Positions 45,953 through 56,214 of a stretch of DNA of 64,000 nucleotides are shown here, one piece after another. The stretch lies in the IMG/VR virus record IMGVR_UViG_3300046660_000488, positions 496,001-560,000 of that record; one strand, given 5' to 3'. The notes under the pieces are model-generated. The model was not told the origin of the DNA. It was given only the letters and a program-made list of their open reading frames with translations, and made no database searches. Position numbers and translations under genes: made by a program. How positions within the stretch are numbered: the first letter of the stretch is position 1; every line of letters begins with the position of its first letter.

Positions 45953-46536
45953 TGTCTAACCACCACGCCTACTATCTGGACAAGACCAACACCCTGTCGC
46001 CGGACGAGTACCGCGAGCAGTACGATTTGGGCTACGCGGCGATGAAGGCCGGTGTGGACCGCACGTCCGGCCTACCGCGCGGCGACCTGCGCGACATGAC
46101 CATGGCGCTGGCGTGGCGGAACGGCTGGTGGGTGGCGTGGAAGGAAACTCAGCCGGTGGTCCGCGAAATGCCGTCCAAGGACTTCGAGAACATCGCTGTG
46201 CTCTATCGCGAAGCGGCACAAGGCTTCCGCTATCTGGGCCTCTATGCTGAGCCCGCGCTGGGCGGCGAGCAGTCCAACAACGCCATCCATCTGGCCGACA
46301 TGGGCGCCAGCCTGAAGCGCCTGTCGGAACAGCAACTGGCGGACGGTGACAAGGCTCTGGCCAAATCGACCGGCGACATGGCCGAAATCTTGCTGGCTTT
46401 CCGCAACTGGCCCAAGGAACCCGGTGACGAGTCGTTCTGGGACAAGTGCGACCCGGCCGCCGACGAGGCGTCCAAGATCGCCGGACAGTACGAATTTCTG
46501 GCGGTTCAGGCCGCCCAACGCGAACAGGAGGTCTAG
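45952..46536 (+). CDS. hypothetical protein
   Basis: TAATG coupling. Confidence 0.65.
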   Translation: MSNHHAYYLDKTNTLSPDEYREQYDLGYAAMKAGVDRTSGLPRGDLRDMTMALAWRNGWWVAWKETQPVVREMPSKDFENIAVLYREAAQGFRYLGLYAEPALGGEQSNNAIHLADMGASLKRLSEQQLADGDKALAKSTGDMAEILLAFRNWPKEPGDESFWDKCDPAADEASKIAGQYEFLAVQAAQREQEV

Positions 46537-46539
46537 GCC

Positions 46540-47076
46540 ATGGAATTCACCAAGATCGACGGCTGGTATCTCCGCGAAGGCTCACGCAAGTGCACCTCGC
46601 CGCCCACGGTCGAAGACATGACCATCCGGCCCGAGAACATCCACCACATCCATGGGCTGTCGAGCGGCATCACCCGGCTGGAGCAAGTGGCTGAAGACGC
46701 CGTGACCGAAACGGCCGACGACATCCGCCGTCAGGAGTTGGCGCGCTGGGCGTTCAAGCACCTGATCTCGCTGCACAACAGCCTCGCCCAGTACATCGGC
46801 GACAAGGACGGCCTGCTGTCCCTGCGGAAATTCGAGGCGTTCGAGAAGGACGCGCGGACGAACCGCGACAGCCTGCTGGTGGTGTCCTACCTCGGCGACA
46901 AGACTTTCCGCGACATCATCGCGCTGGCGCGTGTGATCGACGCTGACTACCTGCACGACTACAACCCGCTGTTCGAGCAGGGCATGGCCATCAACATCCT
47001 GAAGCTGCGGGCGCGCATCTGCCTGTTCATCCGCGCGCTGACCGGCAACATGGACCTGAAGAGGGAAGCCGCCTGA
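46540..47076 (+). CDS. hypothetical protein
   Basis: AGGAGG SD. Confidence 0.65.
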   Translation: MEFTKIDGWYLREGSRKCTSPPTVEDMTIRPENIHHIHGLSSGITRLEQVAEDAVTETADDIRRQELARWAFKHLISLHNSLAQYIGDKDGLLSLRKFEAFEKDARTNRDSLLVVSYLGDKTFRDIIALARVIDADYLHDYNPLFEQGMAINILKLRARICLFIRALTGNMDLKREAA

Positions 47077-47366
47077 TGCAGCGCAAGTACGTCATCCTCG
47101 TGGACGCACACCCCGAGAGCCATCAGGCGTCGGAATTCCCGGTCCTGATCGATAACCGGATCGCCCACCGCTCCGTCCACCAGTGGGCGCGCGAGAACGA
47201 CACCGGCTATCGCCACGGCGTGCGGACCTACACCAAGCCGGTGTCGGCCGGGTTCTTCTCCATCGTGGACGGCAAGGTTCAGGTCGGCGGCTACAGCGAG
47301 ACCTTGGACCTGCACTCCCGGCCGGAAGACGCCGACATCATCAGCAAATTCCTGTTCGGAGCCTGA
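47076..47366 (+). CDS. hypothetical protein
   Basis: TGATG coupling. Confidence 0.65.
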   Translation: MQRKYVILVDAHPESHQASEFPVLIDNRIAHRSVHQWARENDTGYRHGVRTYTKPVSAGFFSIVDGKVQVGGYSETLDLHSRPEDADIISKFLFGA

Positions 47367-47369
47367 TCC

Positions 47370-47744
47370 ATGGCCTGCATCATCAAGGCCATCGGCCGCA
47401 ACCTCGACGACATGGTCTACATCACGCAGGACCCGGCTGGCTGGGTTACTCGCAATCGGGCTGACGCTCAGGTCATCGAAGATGAGGGCGCCGCCCGCCA
47501 GCAGGCTGAGCGGTACAGCCTTCGCGCTCTGCATTCCGGAGAGGGCTACGTCTTCACTGTCGAGTACCTGTCCGAGATCACGATCAAAAACTGGCACACC
47601 GACATCGACAAGCTGGCCACGGCGCTGGCCCATTTCGATCAGGAGTCGCACGGCTGGCCAAAAGTTGAACTGGAGCGCGTGTCGGACCCCGAGCACTATC
47701 GCCAGCAGGCTCGCATGATTTTTGCGGCCTTCGCAAAATCGTAA
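47370..47744 (+). CDS. hypothetical protein
   Basis: GGAG SD. Confidence 0.6.
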   Translation: MACIIKAIGRNLDDMVYITQDPAGWVTRNRADAQVIEDEGAARQQAERYSLRALHSGEGYVFTVEYLSEITIKNWHTDIDKLATALAHFDQESHGWPKVELERVSDPEHYRQQARMIFAAFAKS

Positions 47745-47815
47745 ACGAAATATATCGACCGAAATCCAACGCCGTCGTATCCTGACCAAATAGGGCGTTG
47801 TGAGTATTTTTGGTC

Positions 47816-48214
47816 ATGGTCAAGCTGTTCATTGACGACGAGCGCTTCCCGCCGGGGGACGGCGAGGGATGGATCGTCGTGCGGACAATGGAAGAGGGTC
47901 AGGCGTACATCGCCCAGCACGGTTGCCCGACCTTCATCAGCTTCGACCATGACCTTGGGTACGACGGCCTCGCCCTTCTCCCGACCGGCTACGACTTCGC
48001 CAAATGGCTGGTAGATCAGGATATGGACGCCAAGGGCCATTTCTTCCCAGACGGTTTCTGGTACTACGTCCACAGCCAGAACCCGGTCGGCGCTCGCAAC
48101 ATCGACGAGTTGATGTCGAGCTATTTGCTTGTGCACCGTGAAATGCCGGAGGGGATTACTATCGGATGGACGGCTGAGCCGACCACAGCGGGCTTCAGCA
48201 TCCGCTATCGGTAG
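47816..48214 (+). CDS. cyclic-phosphate-processing receiver-domain protein
   Basis: LFIDDERFP, ISFDHDLG, TGYDFAKWL, VHSQNPVG. Confidence 0.8.
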   Translation: MVKLFIDDERFPPGDGEGWIVVRTMEEGQAYIAQHGCPTFISFDHDLGYDGLALLPTGYDFAKWLVDQDMDAKGHFFPDGFWYYVHSQNPVGARNIDELMSSYLLVHREMPEGITIGWTAEPTTAGFSIRYR

Positions 48215-48280
48215 CACAGATTGACTTCACAACTGAACTGTGCATAATGGCCTCCAAGTTCAACTTCGGAGGCCATTTGC

Positions 48281-48928
48281 ATGTCCAAGGGCGAGATCAT
48301 TCTGATCAAGGGTCGCGTGATCGACCAAGACGGCAAGCTGGCCGACATCGGCCGCTACGTCGCGCCCGTGAGCATGAAGGCCGATTTCGACGACGAGGGC
48401 TATCCCTGCCTGTCGTTCCAGATGATCCATCGCATCCCCAGCCAGATGCTGGACGCCCTGCGCGACATCGTCATGACCAACGCCAACGGCGGCTTCTCCT
48501 ACGAGTTCACCGCGCTGAAGATCGTCGGTGGCCAGATGGTCGCCCAATTCTCGCGCGGCTGCGGCCAAGTCGGTGAACGGAAGACCGTTCGCGAAGGCCT
48601 GTCGTTCTGGATGATCGACCGGCCGCACGTCATCCTCCCCTCGACCGTCCTCGAAGGCGATCCGCGCACCGGACCGTGGGAGCTTCCGGAATACATGACC
48701 GCATGGCTGGAGACCAACTGCGGCTTCGAGGCCGTCAGCGAAGAGCGCGTGAACGAGGCGCGTGGCTGGAATTGGGCCATCGCCGAGATCAAGCCCAAGG
48801 TCGTCAAGACGCTTTCCGACCGGTTCGTCGCCAGCATCGTCTTCCATGAGCCCGAGACGGCTCACGCTTTCGTCGCTAAATTTGGCCTGAAGACGCTGAA
48901 CATCGACGTTCTGCGTCAGGGAGGATAA
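48281..48928 (+). CDS. hypothetical protein
   Basis: GGAGG SD; TTGACT..CATAAT promoter. Confidence 0.7.
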   Translation: MSKGEIILIKGRVIDQDGKLADIGRYVAPVSMKADFDDEGYPCLSFQMIHRIPSQMLDALRDIVMTNANGGFSYEFTALKIVGGQMVAQFSRGCGQVGERKTVREGLSFWMIDRPHVILPSTVLEGDPRTGPWELPEYMTAWLETNCGFEAVSEERVNEARGWNWAIAEIKPKVVKTLSDRFVASIVFHEPETAHAFVAKFGLKTLNIDVLRQGG

Positions 48929-48932
48929 GACC

Positions 48933-49145
48933 GTGTACGACGTCACTTCCGGCATCGCCGAAGCCGGGCGCCTCGACCCGATCCGTTCGAGCCTGCAAAC
49001 GGCACGCCAATTCCAGCGAGACGCTGACACCCGTCTTGCCAGTTTCAGGGAAGGCACGTCGCACCACGACAGCGCCGTCGAGGACAAGAAACGCGCGGAT
49101 GCCATGTTGGACGCCGCCCTCGCCCAGCTTGAAAGCCTGCGCTGA
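48933..49145 (+). CDS. hypothetical protein
   Basis: GGAGG SD before GTG. Confidence 0.55.
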   Translation: MYDVTSGIAEAGRLDPIRSSLQTARQFQRDADTRLASFREGTSHHDSAVEDKKRADAMLDAALAQLESLR

Positions 49146-49588
49146 TGGCTGTCCCCAAATTCATCTACGTCGTCAGCGGACAGCAGCATTGGATGTTCGC
49201 GCTCAGCAACTGGCGCCTGATCGTCGAGCGCGCCGTCATGACCGGCCAACCTGCCGAGATCAAGGACAAGTGGAAGCTCAAGCACCCGGTAAAGCCGGGC
49301 TGGGGCCGCACGATCATCAACATCACCGCTTGGACGTCGGACGACTACGTCAAGGTGCTGAACGACATGAACAAAGGATACAAGATCGACCCAGATCACC
49401 TGTTCCGCGTCCGCAGCGTCTATGACGGCGCCATCCTGAAGACCGGACGTTCGAGGGAAATCCTCGAAGGCTATCGCGACGATTCCTCACCGGCTGGCTA
49501 CGGCAAGATTGTCGTCGAGCCGATCCCCGGCCGGGAGGCGGATTGCCCCAAGCCGATCTTCCTCAAGAACGAGCCGATCTTCGACTGA
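49145..49588 (+). CDS. hypothetical protein
   Basis: TGATG coupling. Confidence 0.65.
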   Translation: MAVPKFIYVVSGQQHWMFALSNWRLIVERAVMTGQPAEIKDKWKLKHPVKPGWGRTIINITAWTSDDYVKVLNDMNKGYKIDPDHLFRVRSVYDGAILKTGRSREILEGYRDDSSPAGYGKIVVEPIPGREADCPKPIFLKNEPIFD

Positions 49589-49656
49589 ATTCAATCTGGT
49601 TGACCAAACTGTCCTTTCTCTGGTAAATAGAGTTTCCTCTAACAGGAAGAAGGACA

Positions 49657-49860
49657 ATGGCGAAGCGACCCCCGCGCAACCCGCGCAACCCGCACGCCCA
49701 AGCCCTCTTCACCTGCAAGCTCTTCGCTCCGAAGTCCGTGCCGGTGAAAAAGGGAAAGGGCATGAAGTACGACCGCAAGAAGGATCGGGGAGTGGACCTC
49801 TCCGGTCCTTATTTTTTGCCTGAATACTTGGGGTTTTTGAGACCAGTGTTTTTCGCTTAA
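49657..49860 (+). CDS. arfA: ArfA-like alternative ribosome-rescue factor
   Basis: NPHAQAL...LF.PK....KKGKG..Y.RK parallels ArfA N..EALL..PLFRQR..KNKKGKGSY.RK; hydrophobic tail; AAGGA SD; TAAATA 49624. Confidence 0.72.
   Translation: MAKRPPRNPRNPHAQALFTCKLFAPKSVPVKKGKGMKYDRKKDRGVDLSGPYFLPEYLGFLRPVFFA
49780..49817 (+). terminator. intrinsic terminator inside the arfA-like CDS
   Basis: AAGGATCGGGGAG-TGGAC-CTCTCCGGTCCTT-ATTTTTT, about 40 nt before the stop codon. Confidence 0.75.
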
Positions 49861-49920
49861 CCTGAAATTAACGTCCCCCTGCTACATCGTGCCGCATGTA
49901 CAAACAGAGGGAGATCAGCA

Positions 49921-50214
49921 GTGTCGCAAGTCACCAAGATTCGTCAAGTCCTCCGAGCGCGTATCGCGGCGGCGCTGGCCGACCGCGCGGGCATTTGCGA
50001 CGAACGGCTCGATGAAATCGAGTCCATCGCCTACAACTCGGTCCAGTCTCTGAAGCCGAACGTGCTCCGCAATCTGATGCAGCACCACATGCGGAAGATG
50101 GAAGACGGCCACATCCTCATCGAAATCCCGTTCATCATCGCCGCCGAGTTGGCCTTGGAAATTATCCAAGCACGCGCGGACGACTACCACAACTATGACC
50201 AAATCTGTGCTTGA
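49921..50214 (+). CDS. hypothetical protein
   Basis: GGGGAG SD. Confidence 0.6.
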   Translation: MSQVTKIRQVLRARIAAALADRAGICDERLDEIESIAYNSVQSLKPNVLRNLMQHHMRKMEDGHILIEIPFIIAAELALEIIQARADDYHNYDQICA

Positions 50215-50273
50215 CTCCAAGTATAGATTGTAGTACACACACCATATTGTCTGAAGCGATTTGGAGGCCCACG

Positions 50274-51035
50274 ATGACTTTTGAATTCAAGAGCGCGTCC
50301 TACCCCTACGGCATCGTGGAAAGCCTGATCAGCGAAGAGCAAGCCCAGACGGTTCTGGACATGCTGGCCGAAGCTGGCATCGACAGCGTCTTCAACAGCG
50401 CCACCACCACCGACGCCGCCAGCCGCGAACTGCGGTGGAAGTCCGTACCGGCGATTGTCCAGTACGTCGAGAATTTCCCGGCGTCGTGGATGTTCGAGGT
50501 CTCCGGTTTCCAGAGCAACCAGCGCGCGCTCAAGAATTTGGAAGCGGTCCGCGAGAGCTATGCCGCCATCGAGAACCCGGCGATCCGGGGCGAGTTGCTG
50601 AGCAAGCTGAACGACGTGCGCGAGACCCCGCGCGGCTTCCGCAAGGCAGAGATCACCGATTGCTCGCACTGGGCGCGCACGGCGGCCGTCGATAACACCC
50701 GCAAGAGCACCGACAGCAAGGGCCGCGCCTTCACGGTCGGCAAGCCCGCCTACAAGCCCGAGCCGGGCTGCAAGGCCGCGCTGCTGGTCAAGGAAGCTGT
50801 CCATTTCAGCTACATCCAAGACTCGTGGGCCGACTATTCGGAATATCTGGTTCCGATCAAGATCGAAGACGGCGCCGATCTGGCCGTCTGCCGCCGCAAC
50901 CTCGCGGCCTTCGCCCGGTCGCTGAGCACCCACAACGGCATGGCCGGTTCGGGCTCGGAATGGACCTTCACCTTGGAAGAGTTTCCGGCCGGTACGGTCG
51001 TCCGCGCCGTCGCCCGCCATTCCATCGCTGACTAA
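50274..51035 (+). CDS. hypothetical protein
   Basis: GGAGG SD. Confidence 0.7.
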   Translation: MTFEFKSASYPYGIVESLISEEQAQTVLDMLAEAGIDSVFNSATTTDAASRELRWKSVPAIVQYVENFPASWMFEVSGFQSNQRALKNLEAVRESYAAIENPAIRGELLSKLNDVRETPRGFRKAEITDCSHWARTAAVDNTRKSTDSKGRAFTVGKPAYKPEPGCKAALLVKEAVHFSYIQDSWADYSEYLVPIKIEDGADLAVCRRNLAAFARSLSTHNGMAGSGSEWTFTLEEFPAGTVVRAVARHSIAD

Positions 51036-51092
51036 TGGGTGGCCATCGGCCACCCTCTCAGCTATAATTCGTTTCCCAGTTTCGGAGTCCCC

Positions 51093-51515
51093 ATGTCGTC
51101 CCTGAAGATCAAGAGCAAGGCCGCCAAAAAGGTCCACACCTACGTCAAGGTCGAAGACCTCGACCGCGCGGTGCTGGCCATCATTGGCCCGGACATCTTC
51201 ATGAAAGACCTGCATGACCGCCCGAAGCGTCACCAGATCGCTCTGGACATGATCGAGGCCGGTAAGCTGACCGGGACCGACGTGGAAACCGTCCTGACGG
51301 CCAAGGCTGAACTGGACCGCTACGGCTCCTACGAGCAGCCCCTGCCCGGCATGGAGCTTCGCTCAGCCCGCGCCCATTTCGAATTCGAAGAATTCGACCC
51401 CATCAGCGGCATCTACGCCTTCAAGTGCGTGAAGCCGTCCAAGATGTGGAAGCTCGGGACGCTGGTCGGCGTGGACACCCACGGCATCTTCGGCGGCGTC
51501 ATCCACCGCGCCTAG
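51093..51515 (+). CDS. hypothetical protein
   Basis: GGAG SD; TATAAT upstream. Confidence 0.65.
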   Translation: MSSLKIKSKAAKKVHTYVKVEDLDRAVLAIIGPDIFMKDLHDRPKRHQIALDMIEAGKLTGTDVETVLTAKAELDRYGSYEQPLPGMELRSARAHFEFEEFDPISGIYAFKCVKPSKMWKLGTLVGVDTHGIFGGVIHRA

Positions 51516-51754
51516 ATGTCGTCGTTCATCCACATGACGACAAGGTCATCGCCCAAGACCGTCGTCTTGTAGCGGTCGCCGTTGCGGCGGATCAGGTTCA
51601 GCCGCATCAGGGCGGCCAAGTCGGTCGTGGACAGGCTCTGGTGATCGACGATCCCGTAATTGGGGTTGGCGATCACGCAGAGCAGGCAGAGTAGGTCAGC
51701 CTGCGATTTGGACAACGTGTCGCCCAGTCGCACCATCGCTGATGCTTCGGTCAT
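51512..51754 (-). CDS. hypothetical protein
   Basis: GGAGG SD; coupled. Confidence 0.55.
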   Translation of the reverse strand: MTEASAMVRLGDTLSKSQADLLCLLCVIANPNYGIVDHQSLSTTDLAALMRLNLIRRNGDRYKTTVLGDDLVVMWMNDDI

Positions 51755-52176
51755 GCAAATGCCTCCAGAAGGGTCTGGTGAGCTTGCCGGTCCGGAACGT
51801 GGTTGTCGAGGTCCGCGCTGAGATTTTCCATGAATGTGCTCATCAAACGCACAGCCAGATCGCACGTTGAGTAGACGCCGTCGCGCCATGCGGTCGGACT
51901 CTCGGCGTGTTCCTTTCGGAAGATGCGCGCCCGGTCGTTGATGTAGGCGGACAGCAGTTCAGCATCTTGCACGCTGAACCCGTTGGCCTTGATCCGCCCG
52001 AAGGCTTTGTGGACGTGATCGAGTGGGGTGAACGGGATGCGGCGATCATTCGGCGCGGTGTAGTACACGTCCTTGCCAATCAAGTTGTAGGCTTGGATCG
52101 CGTGATTGATGTCCGCCATGTCTTCGACGAGCAAGGTGATGATCGGGGTAAGCTGCATCTGTGGTCTCCTACACAT
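51751..52176 (-). CDS. hypothetical protein
   Basis: AGGAG SD before internal ATG (MQLTP). Confidence 0.6.
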   Translation of the reverse strand: MCRRPQMQLTPIITLLVEDMADINHAIQAYNLIGKDVYYTAPNDRRIPFTPLDHVHKAFGRIKANGFSVQDAELLSAYINDRARIFRKEHAESPTAWRDGVYSTCDLAVRLMSTFMENLSADLDNHVPDRQAHQTLLEAFA

Positions 52177-52268
52177 ACTGTAGCGCAGGATCGGCGAGAC
52201 CTTAACCGGCGCGAACGAAATTTTTCAGTCGTGGATTCCTAAATACCCTACACGATTGGAGAAACACC

Positions 52269-52502
52269 ATGGAAAATTGGTATCGCGATTACAAGAACCT
52301 CGTCGAGAGCACGGTTGAAGCTCCGTCGTACGGCGCCCGGCTGCAACAGGCTGTCATGAACGCCGAGAGCGCCATGTTCCACGTTCTGGCGGATGGTGGC
52401 TTCAACGGCCCGGCCGACCTCGCAGCGATGCAGGAAGCCCACGCCGCGTTGCGCGCGCTGATGGCTGAACCGGAATACAAGATGCTGGGCGTTCAGGGCT
52501 GA
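52269..52502 (+). CDS. small late protein
   Basis: TAAATA 52240; GGAG SD. Confidence 0.65.
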   Translation: MENWYRDYKNLVESTVEAPSYGARLQQAVMNAESAMFHVLADGGFNGPADLAAMQEAHAALRALMAEPEYKMLGVQG

Positions 52503-52513
52503 TAAATATCGCC

Positions 52514-53173
52514 ATGGAACGTTCAGACGACATGCGTAGCCTGCTGGACCTCGTCGAGGCTGATGTGCCCGTCGAGGCCGGTGTGGAGGACACGATCTTC
52601 GAAGCCTTCAAGGGCTGGAGCACGCTCAGCGAAAGCTACCGCTACGCAGGCAACTGCACCGGGCTGGCGGCCGACGATCTTCACGACATGATGGACAAGG
52701 CTCGGCAGGTCACCTACTCGACCTTCGTCAAGGCCATTGGTCTCGACCAACTGCGTGAACTGTTCGCCGACTACGGTTGGGGACACCAGCGCGGTTTCGT
52801 CCGCATGAAGACTGATCCGCACATCACCTACTATCGCAGCATCTTCAAGGGCAAGCACTGCTACTACGTCCGCGAGTCCGGCATCGAGTACATCTTCGTC
52901 GATGACGACAAGCCGAGCGCCGAAATGCAGGTCAAGCCGAACCGGTTCACGATCACCGCCGATGGCGCCGTGATCAAGGGTTTCTCGCGCGGTGTGTTCA
53001 ACGGCGCCAAGACCCCCGACAGCCTGAAGATCACGTGGACGTCCACGCCCAGCAGCAAGGCCGCAGAGACGCTGACCCGCATGGTTCGGCAGTCGAAACT
53101 GGAAGAGATCATTTTGGACGACGAGCCGACATCGGCCGAGAACGTCATCGCGCAGCTTAAGCGCTTCCTCTAA
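52514..53173 (+). CDS. late protein, candidate head-packaged internal protein
   Basis: TAAATA 52503; N-terminal MRSLLDLVE. Confidence 0.65.
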   Translation: MERSDDMRSLLDLVEADVPVEAGVEDTIFEAFKGWSTLSESYRYAGNCTGLAADDLHDMMDKARQVTYSTFVKAIGLDQLRELFADYGWGHQRGFVRMKTDPHITYYRSIFKGKHCYYVRESGIEYIFVDDDKPSAEMQVKPNRFTITADGAVIKGFSRGVFNGAKTPDSLKITWTSTPSSKAAETLTRMVRQSKLEEIILDDEPTSAENVIAQLKRFL

Positions 53174-53229
53174 TCCTTTTCGTTGACGAAATCGGTTATC
53201 GTGTTACTCGTTGGCAAACAGGAGTTCCC

Positions 53230-53607
53230 GTGTCCGATCTCGATCACAGCGCCGTAATTTTCAAGATCAAGACGACCATCCATTCCCTGTCGGACGAGGA
53301 TGGCTTCAACCATTACCGCACGCGGAAAATGGTGTCGGAGAGCTTCAGCTTTTCGGATTTGGAAGGCGACGTGCGCGGCACGGTCCTGATGTTGATGGAC
53401 CTACCAGACGAACTTCGGAACAAGGTTGTCGTCGGCGGCGTGGAATCGCTTGATCACCTGCCGCAAAATTTCACTAAGGTCAGGTTGTTCGGTGCCGTTT
53501 TCATGCCGTTGGATGGAATCATCCTGCCTAGTCAGCATGGGGTCGCTCAGTGGTTCGCCACGATCAAGCTCGTGTCTGACGGCGACCCTTTGGCATTTTT
53601 CTCGTAA
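53230..53607 (+). CDS. hypothetical protein
   Basis: AGGAG SD. Confidence 0.55.
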   Translation: MSDLDHSAVIFKIKTTIHSLSDEDGFNHYRTRKMVSESFSFSDLEGDVRGTVLMLMDLPDELRNKVVVGGVESLDHLPQNFTKVRLFGAVFMPLDGIILPSQHGVAQWFATIKLVSDGDPLAFFS

Positions 53608-53997
53608 TCAGTCGATTTTTTTCAGCAGGGTGACCTGACGCTTCCGCACGCGGCGAGCGATGGTCTCTTGCAGGCTGACAGACGGCCCCGATTGCAGGTC
53701 GAATTCCTTGCGCGCGAAATGCTTCAGGTACGGCCGGAAAATCTTGAACTTGTCCTTCAAGAAAATGTTGATCGGGATTTGCCGATTGCTACCCCACCAC
53801 CACTCTTCGCCCGACTTCAGGAAGATGCGGCGAAGGTTCTCATCGGGGATCGAGTCGAGCACGTACATCGACAGCAGTTGGCTGTCGGAATTCTGCACGA
53901 TTCCGAGGTAGGGTGTTTCCAGAAGCACGCCGTAGCTGAGGAACGGGTACTTCTCAAGAATAGCGGCGATGCGCGCGTCGTCCATGATTCTGTACAA
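53608..53997 (-). CDS. hypothetical phage protein (WWWGSNRQIPINIFL)
   Basis: TAAATA (minus) 54011-54016. Confidence 0.7.
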   Translation of the reverse strand: MYRIMDDARIAAILEKYPFLSYGVLLETPYLGIVQNSDSQLLSMYVLDSIPDENLRRIFLKSGEEWWWGSNRQIPINIFLKDKFKIFRPYLKHFARKEFDLQSGPSVSLQETIARRVRKRQVTLLKKID

Positions 53998-54077
53998 GCT
54001 ATTATGCGAGTATTTAGGTCAGAAAAATCTGCTCATTTTCCACTTCGGCGTAGCAACGCACATGGGTAAATAGTTCC

Positions 54078-54665
54078 ATGCGCGATTATATGAAATTGAT
54101 GGAAGATTTCGTCACTGGTGAACAAGAAACCAAGTGGGATTTCTGGGACTTTGCAAGGCATCTTGGCCTCGACGAATTCAAAGAGAAGTTCGATGATGCC
54201 ACCATCAACTGGCATAATCGCAACACTCGTACGCCTATTGACCGGATGGTCAAGAACAAGAAAGCCAAGTTGCTTTCCATGCTTCGTCTGTGGTTCAAGA
54301 AGGACGGGCCGCAGATGTACAGCACCCCTTTCGCCACGATGGACGACTTCAAGCAGGCGGCCAACGCGCCGGTCACCATGTGGCGCGGTGGTGGCGGTGA
54401 GTACAATCCGGACTACCCCGGACACCACTGGGTGAGCTTCACCCTCAGCGAGCGCCGGGTGACGACTTTCTCCGAGTACGACGGCACGCGGGCGACCCGA
54501 TCCTACATGCTCCCCAAGCGACGCCAATACTGGGTCGTCGAACTGACGATCCCCCTGAGCGAAATCCTGCTTTACCTGCCCAACGGCGGGGACGAGGAAG
54601 TTATCGTTTCGGCTGAGACAGCCAAGAAGGCCAAGGTGATCAAGCAGGTGACCGTCGATGCGTGA
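54078..54665 (+). CDS. putative R-S-E ADP-ribosyltransferase-fold protein
   Basis: MWRG, WVSFT, DEEVIV; TAAATA 54067; N-terminal MRDYMKLME. Confidence 0.55.
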   Translation: MRDYMKLMEDFVTGEQETKWDFWDFARHLGLDEFKEKFDDATINWHNRNTRTPIDRMVKNKKAKLLSMLRLWFKKDGPQMYSTPFATMDDFKQAANAPVTMWRGGGGEYNPDYPGHHWVSFTLSERRVTTFSEYDGTRATRSYMLPKRRQYWVVELTIPLSEILLYLPNGGDEEVIVSAETAKKAKVIKQVTVDA

Positions 54666-55368
54666 GTGGATCAACCTGTTCGAGGCCGCGCCCACCGCAG
54701 GCACGATTTACTACCACGGCACGCCGTTGGAAGCAGCGGCCAAGGCCATCATGAAGACCGGCCTGAAGGGTGCGGAGGTGCAAGGTCGTGGAATGATGGC
54801 GCCGGTGGCCGGGCGCGTCTACATGACGCCCAGCCTCGCCTACGCCATCATCTATGCGATTGGTGGCGCGTACGCGGGGCACGAAGCTCCGGAAAGCATG
54901 ATCGCGAAATCTCGCTACGGCTATGTGTTCGTCATCGACGGCAACGATCTGGACACGGTTGAGCCCGATGAAGATTCCATCGGCGAATGGCTGCACAACA
55001 ACGGTAAGCGAAGCGACGGCGGCAGTTCGTCGTTCGGAAACCGGCGTTTGGGCTCGATCCAATATGAGCCGAAATTCAAGCACGGCGATCCACTCTTCCG
55101 GCTATGGCACAACGTCAAGAACGCCATGACGCCGCGTCAGTTCGAGTTGACCATGCAGGCGGAGTACGCGGCTTGGGCACACGGCGGAAAGCGCGCCTTG
55201 AAGGTTCTGAGCGATAACGACAAGGCCCTGCTCGTCGCGCAGGGAACCCACGTCCACCACGCCAGCGGCATCATGCCCTCGCAGTGCTGGAAGCTCGACA
55301 AAAAGCGCACTCAGGATTTGGCTGCGGACGGTTCCAATTTCTTCGAGATCGCCACACGGGTCTCATAA
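54658..55368 (+). CDS. putative H-Y-type ADP-ribosyltransferase-fold protein
   Basis: YYHGT...IMKTGLK...RVYMTPSLAYA..YA; N-terminal MREWINLFE. Confidence 0.6.
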   Translation: MREWINLFEAAPTAGTIYYHGTPLEAAAKAIMKTGLKGAEVQGRGMMAPVAGRVYMTPSLAYAIIYAIGGAYAGHEAPESMIAKSRYGYVFVIDGNDLDTVEPDEDSIGEWLHNNGKRSDGGSSSFGNRRLGSIQYEPKFKHGDPLFRLWHNVKNAMTPRQFELTMQAEYAAWAHGGKRALKVLSDNDKALLVAQGTHVHHASGIMPSQCWKLDKKRTQDLAADGSNFFEIATRVS

Positions 55369-55377
55369 ATACTCTTC

Positions 55378-56178
55378 ATGACCGCCACGATCAATGTCTA
55401 CAAGCTGCCACAAGTCGTCACATTGACCATGGGCGGAAACACGGGAGCCGCACTGATGAACTATCCTATGGTCCGCACTGACTTCAAAGTCACGAAGGGT
55501 GTGAAGAACGAAATTCTGTTCTTCATTCGCAACGTGGATCGCAAGGTTGTTCAACTTGACGGCACGCCGCGCGCGGTGATCGTTGACACCCGCGACAACA
55601 AGCTGCTGCTCGAACGTGACCTGACGGTCTACGACGCCCCCAAGGGAATCTGGATGCTGTCGGTCTCGGCCGTGGACGCCGAGTTTTGGCCGCTGGGCTA
55701 TCTGAAGTACAGCGTCGTCTTCCACCGTGAATCCGACGACGAAAACATCGCCCTCTACACCGACCGCGCCTACGGTCCGGATAGCTCCATCGAAGTCATC
55801 CAAGGCCCCTACCCGTCGCCGCCAGAGGCCCAGACGGTGCTGCTGGCCGACATGACTGAGCCGCAACTGAACACCATGATCAGCGGCTCGTATCTGGGCG
55901 GCGCCAGCATCGGCAACGTGCTCGGCTATCACACCTTCCAATGGTCGGTCACCAATTTCATCGGGAAGCTGATCGTGCAGGGATCGCTGGAACAGCAGCC
56001 CGCCGAGCAGGACTCCAACTGGTTCGACGTCAGCACGACGGAATTCGAGGTTGAAGCCCCCGGCAACGGCTCCATCTTCGTGGACAAGACCGGCCACTAT
56101 CTGTGGCTGCGGTTCAAGGTCGTCTACGACGTGATGAACACCGGGACGTTCGAGAAGGTCGTCTTCCGTCCGATCTAA
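55378..56178 (+). CDS. putative virion structural protein
   Basis: TAAATA 55366; beta-rich; GKLIVQGSL...WLRF. Confidence 0.6.
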   Translation: MTATINVYKLPQVVTLTMGGNTGAALMNYPMVRTDFKVTKGVKNEILFFIRNVDRKVVQLDGTPRAVIVDTRDNKLLLERDLTVYDAPKGIWMLSVSAVDAEFWPLGYLKYSVVFHRESDDENIALYTDRAYGPDSSIEVIQGPYPSPPEAQTVLLADMTEPQLNTMISGSYLGGASIGNVLGYHTFQWSVTNFIGKLIVQGSLEQQPAEQDSNWFDVSTTEFEVEAPGNGSIFVDKTGHYLWLRFKVVYDVMNTGTFEKVVFRPI

Positions 56179-56214
56179 ATGGTCAGGAATTTCCCGACCT
56201 GATAAACATGAACG

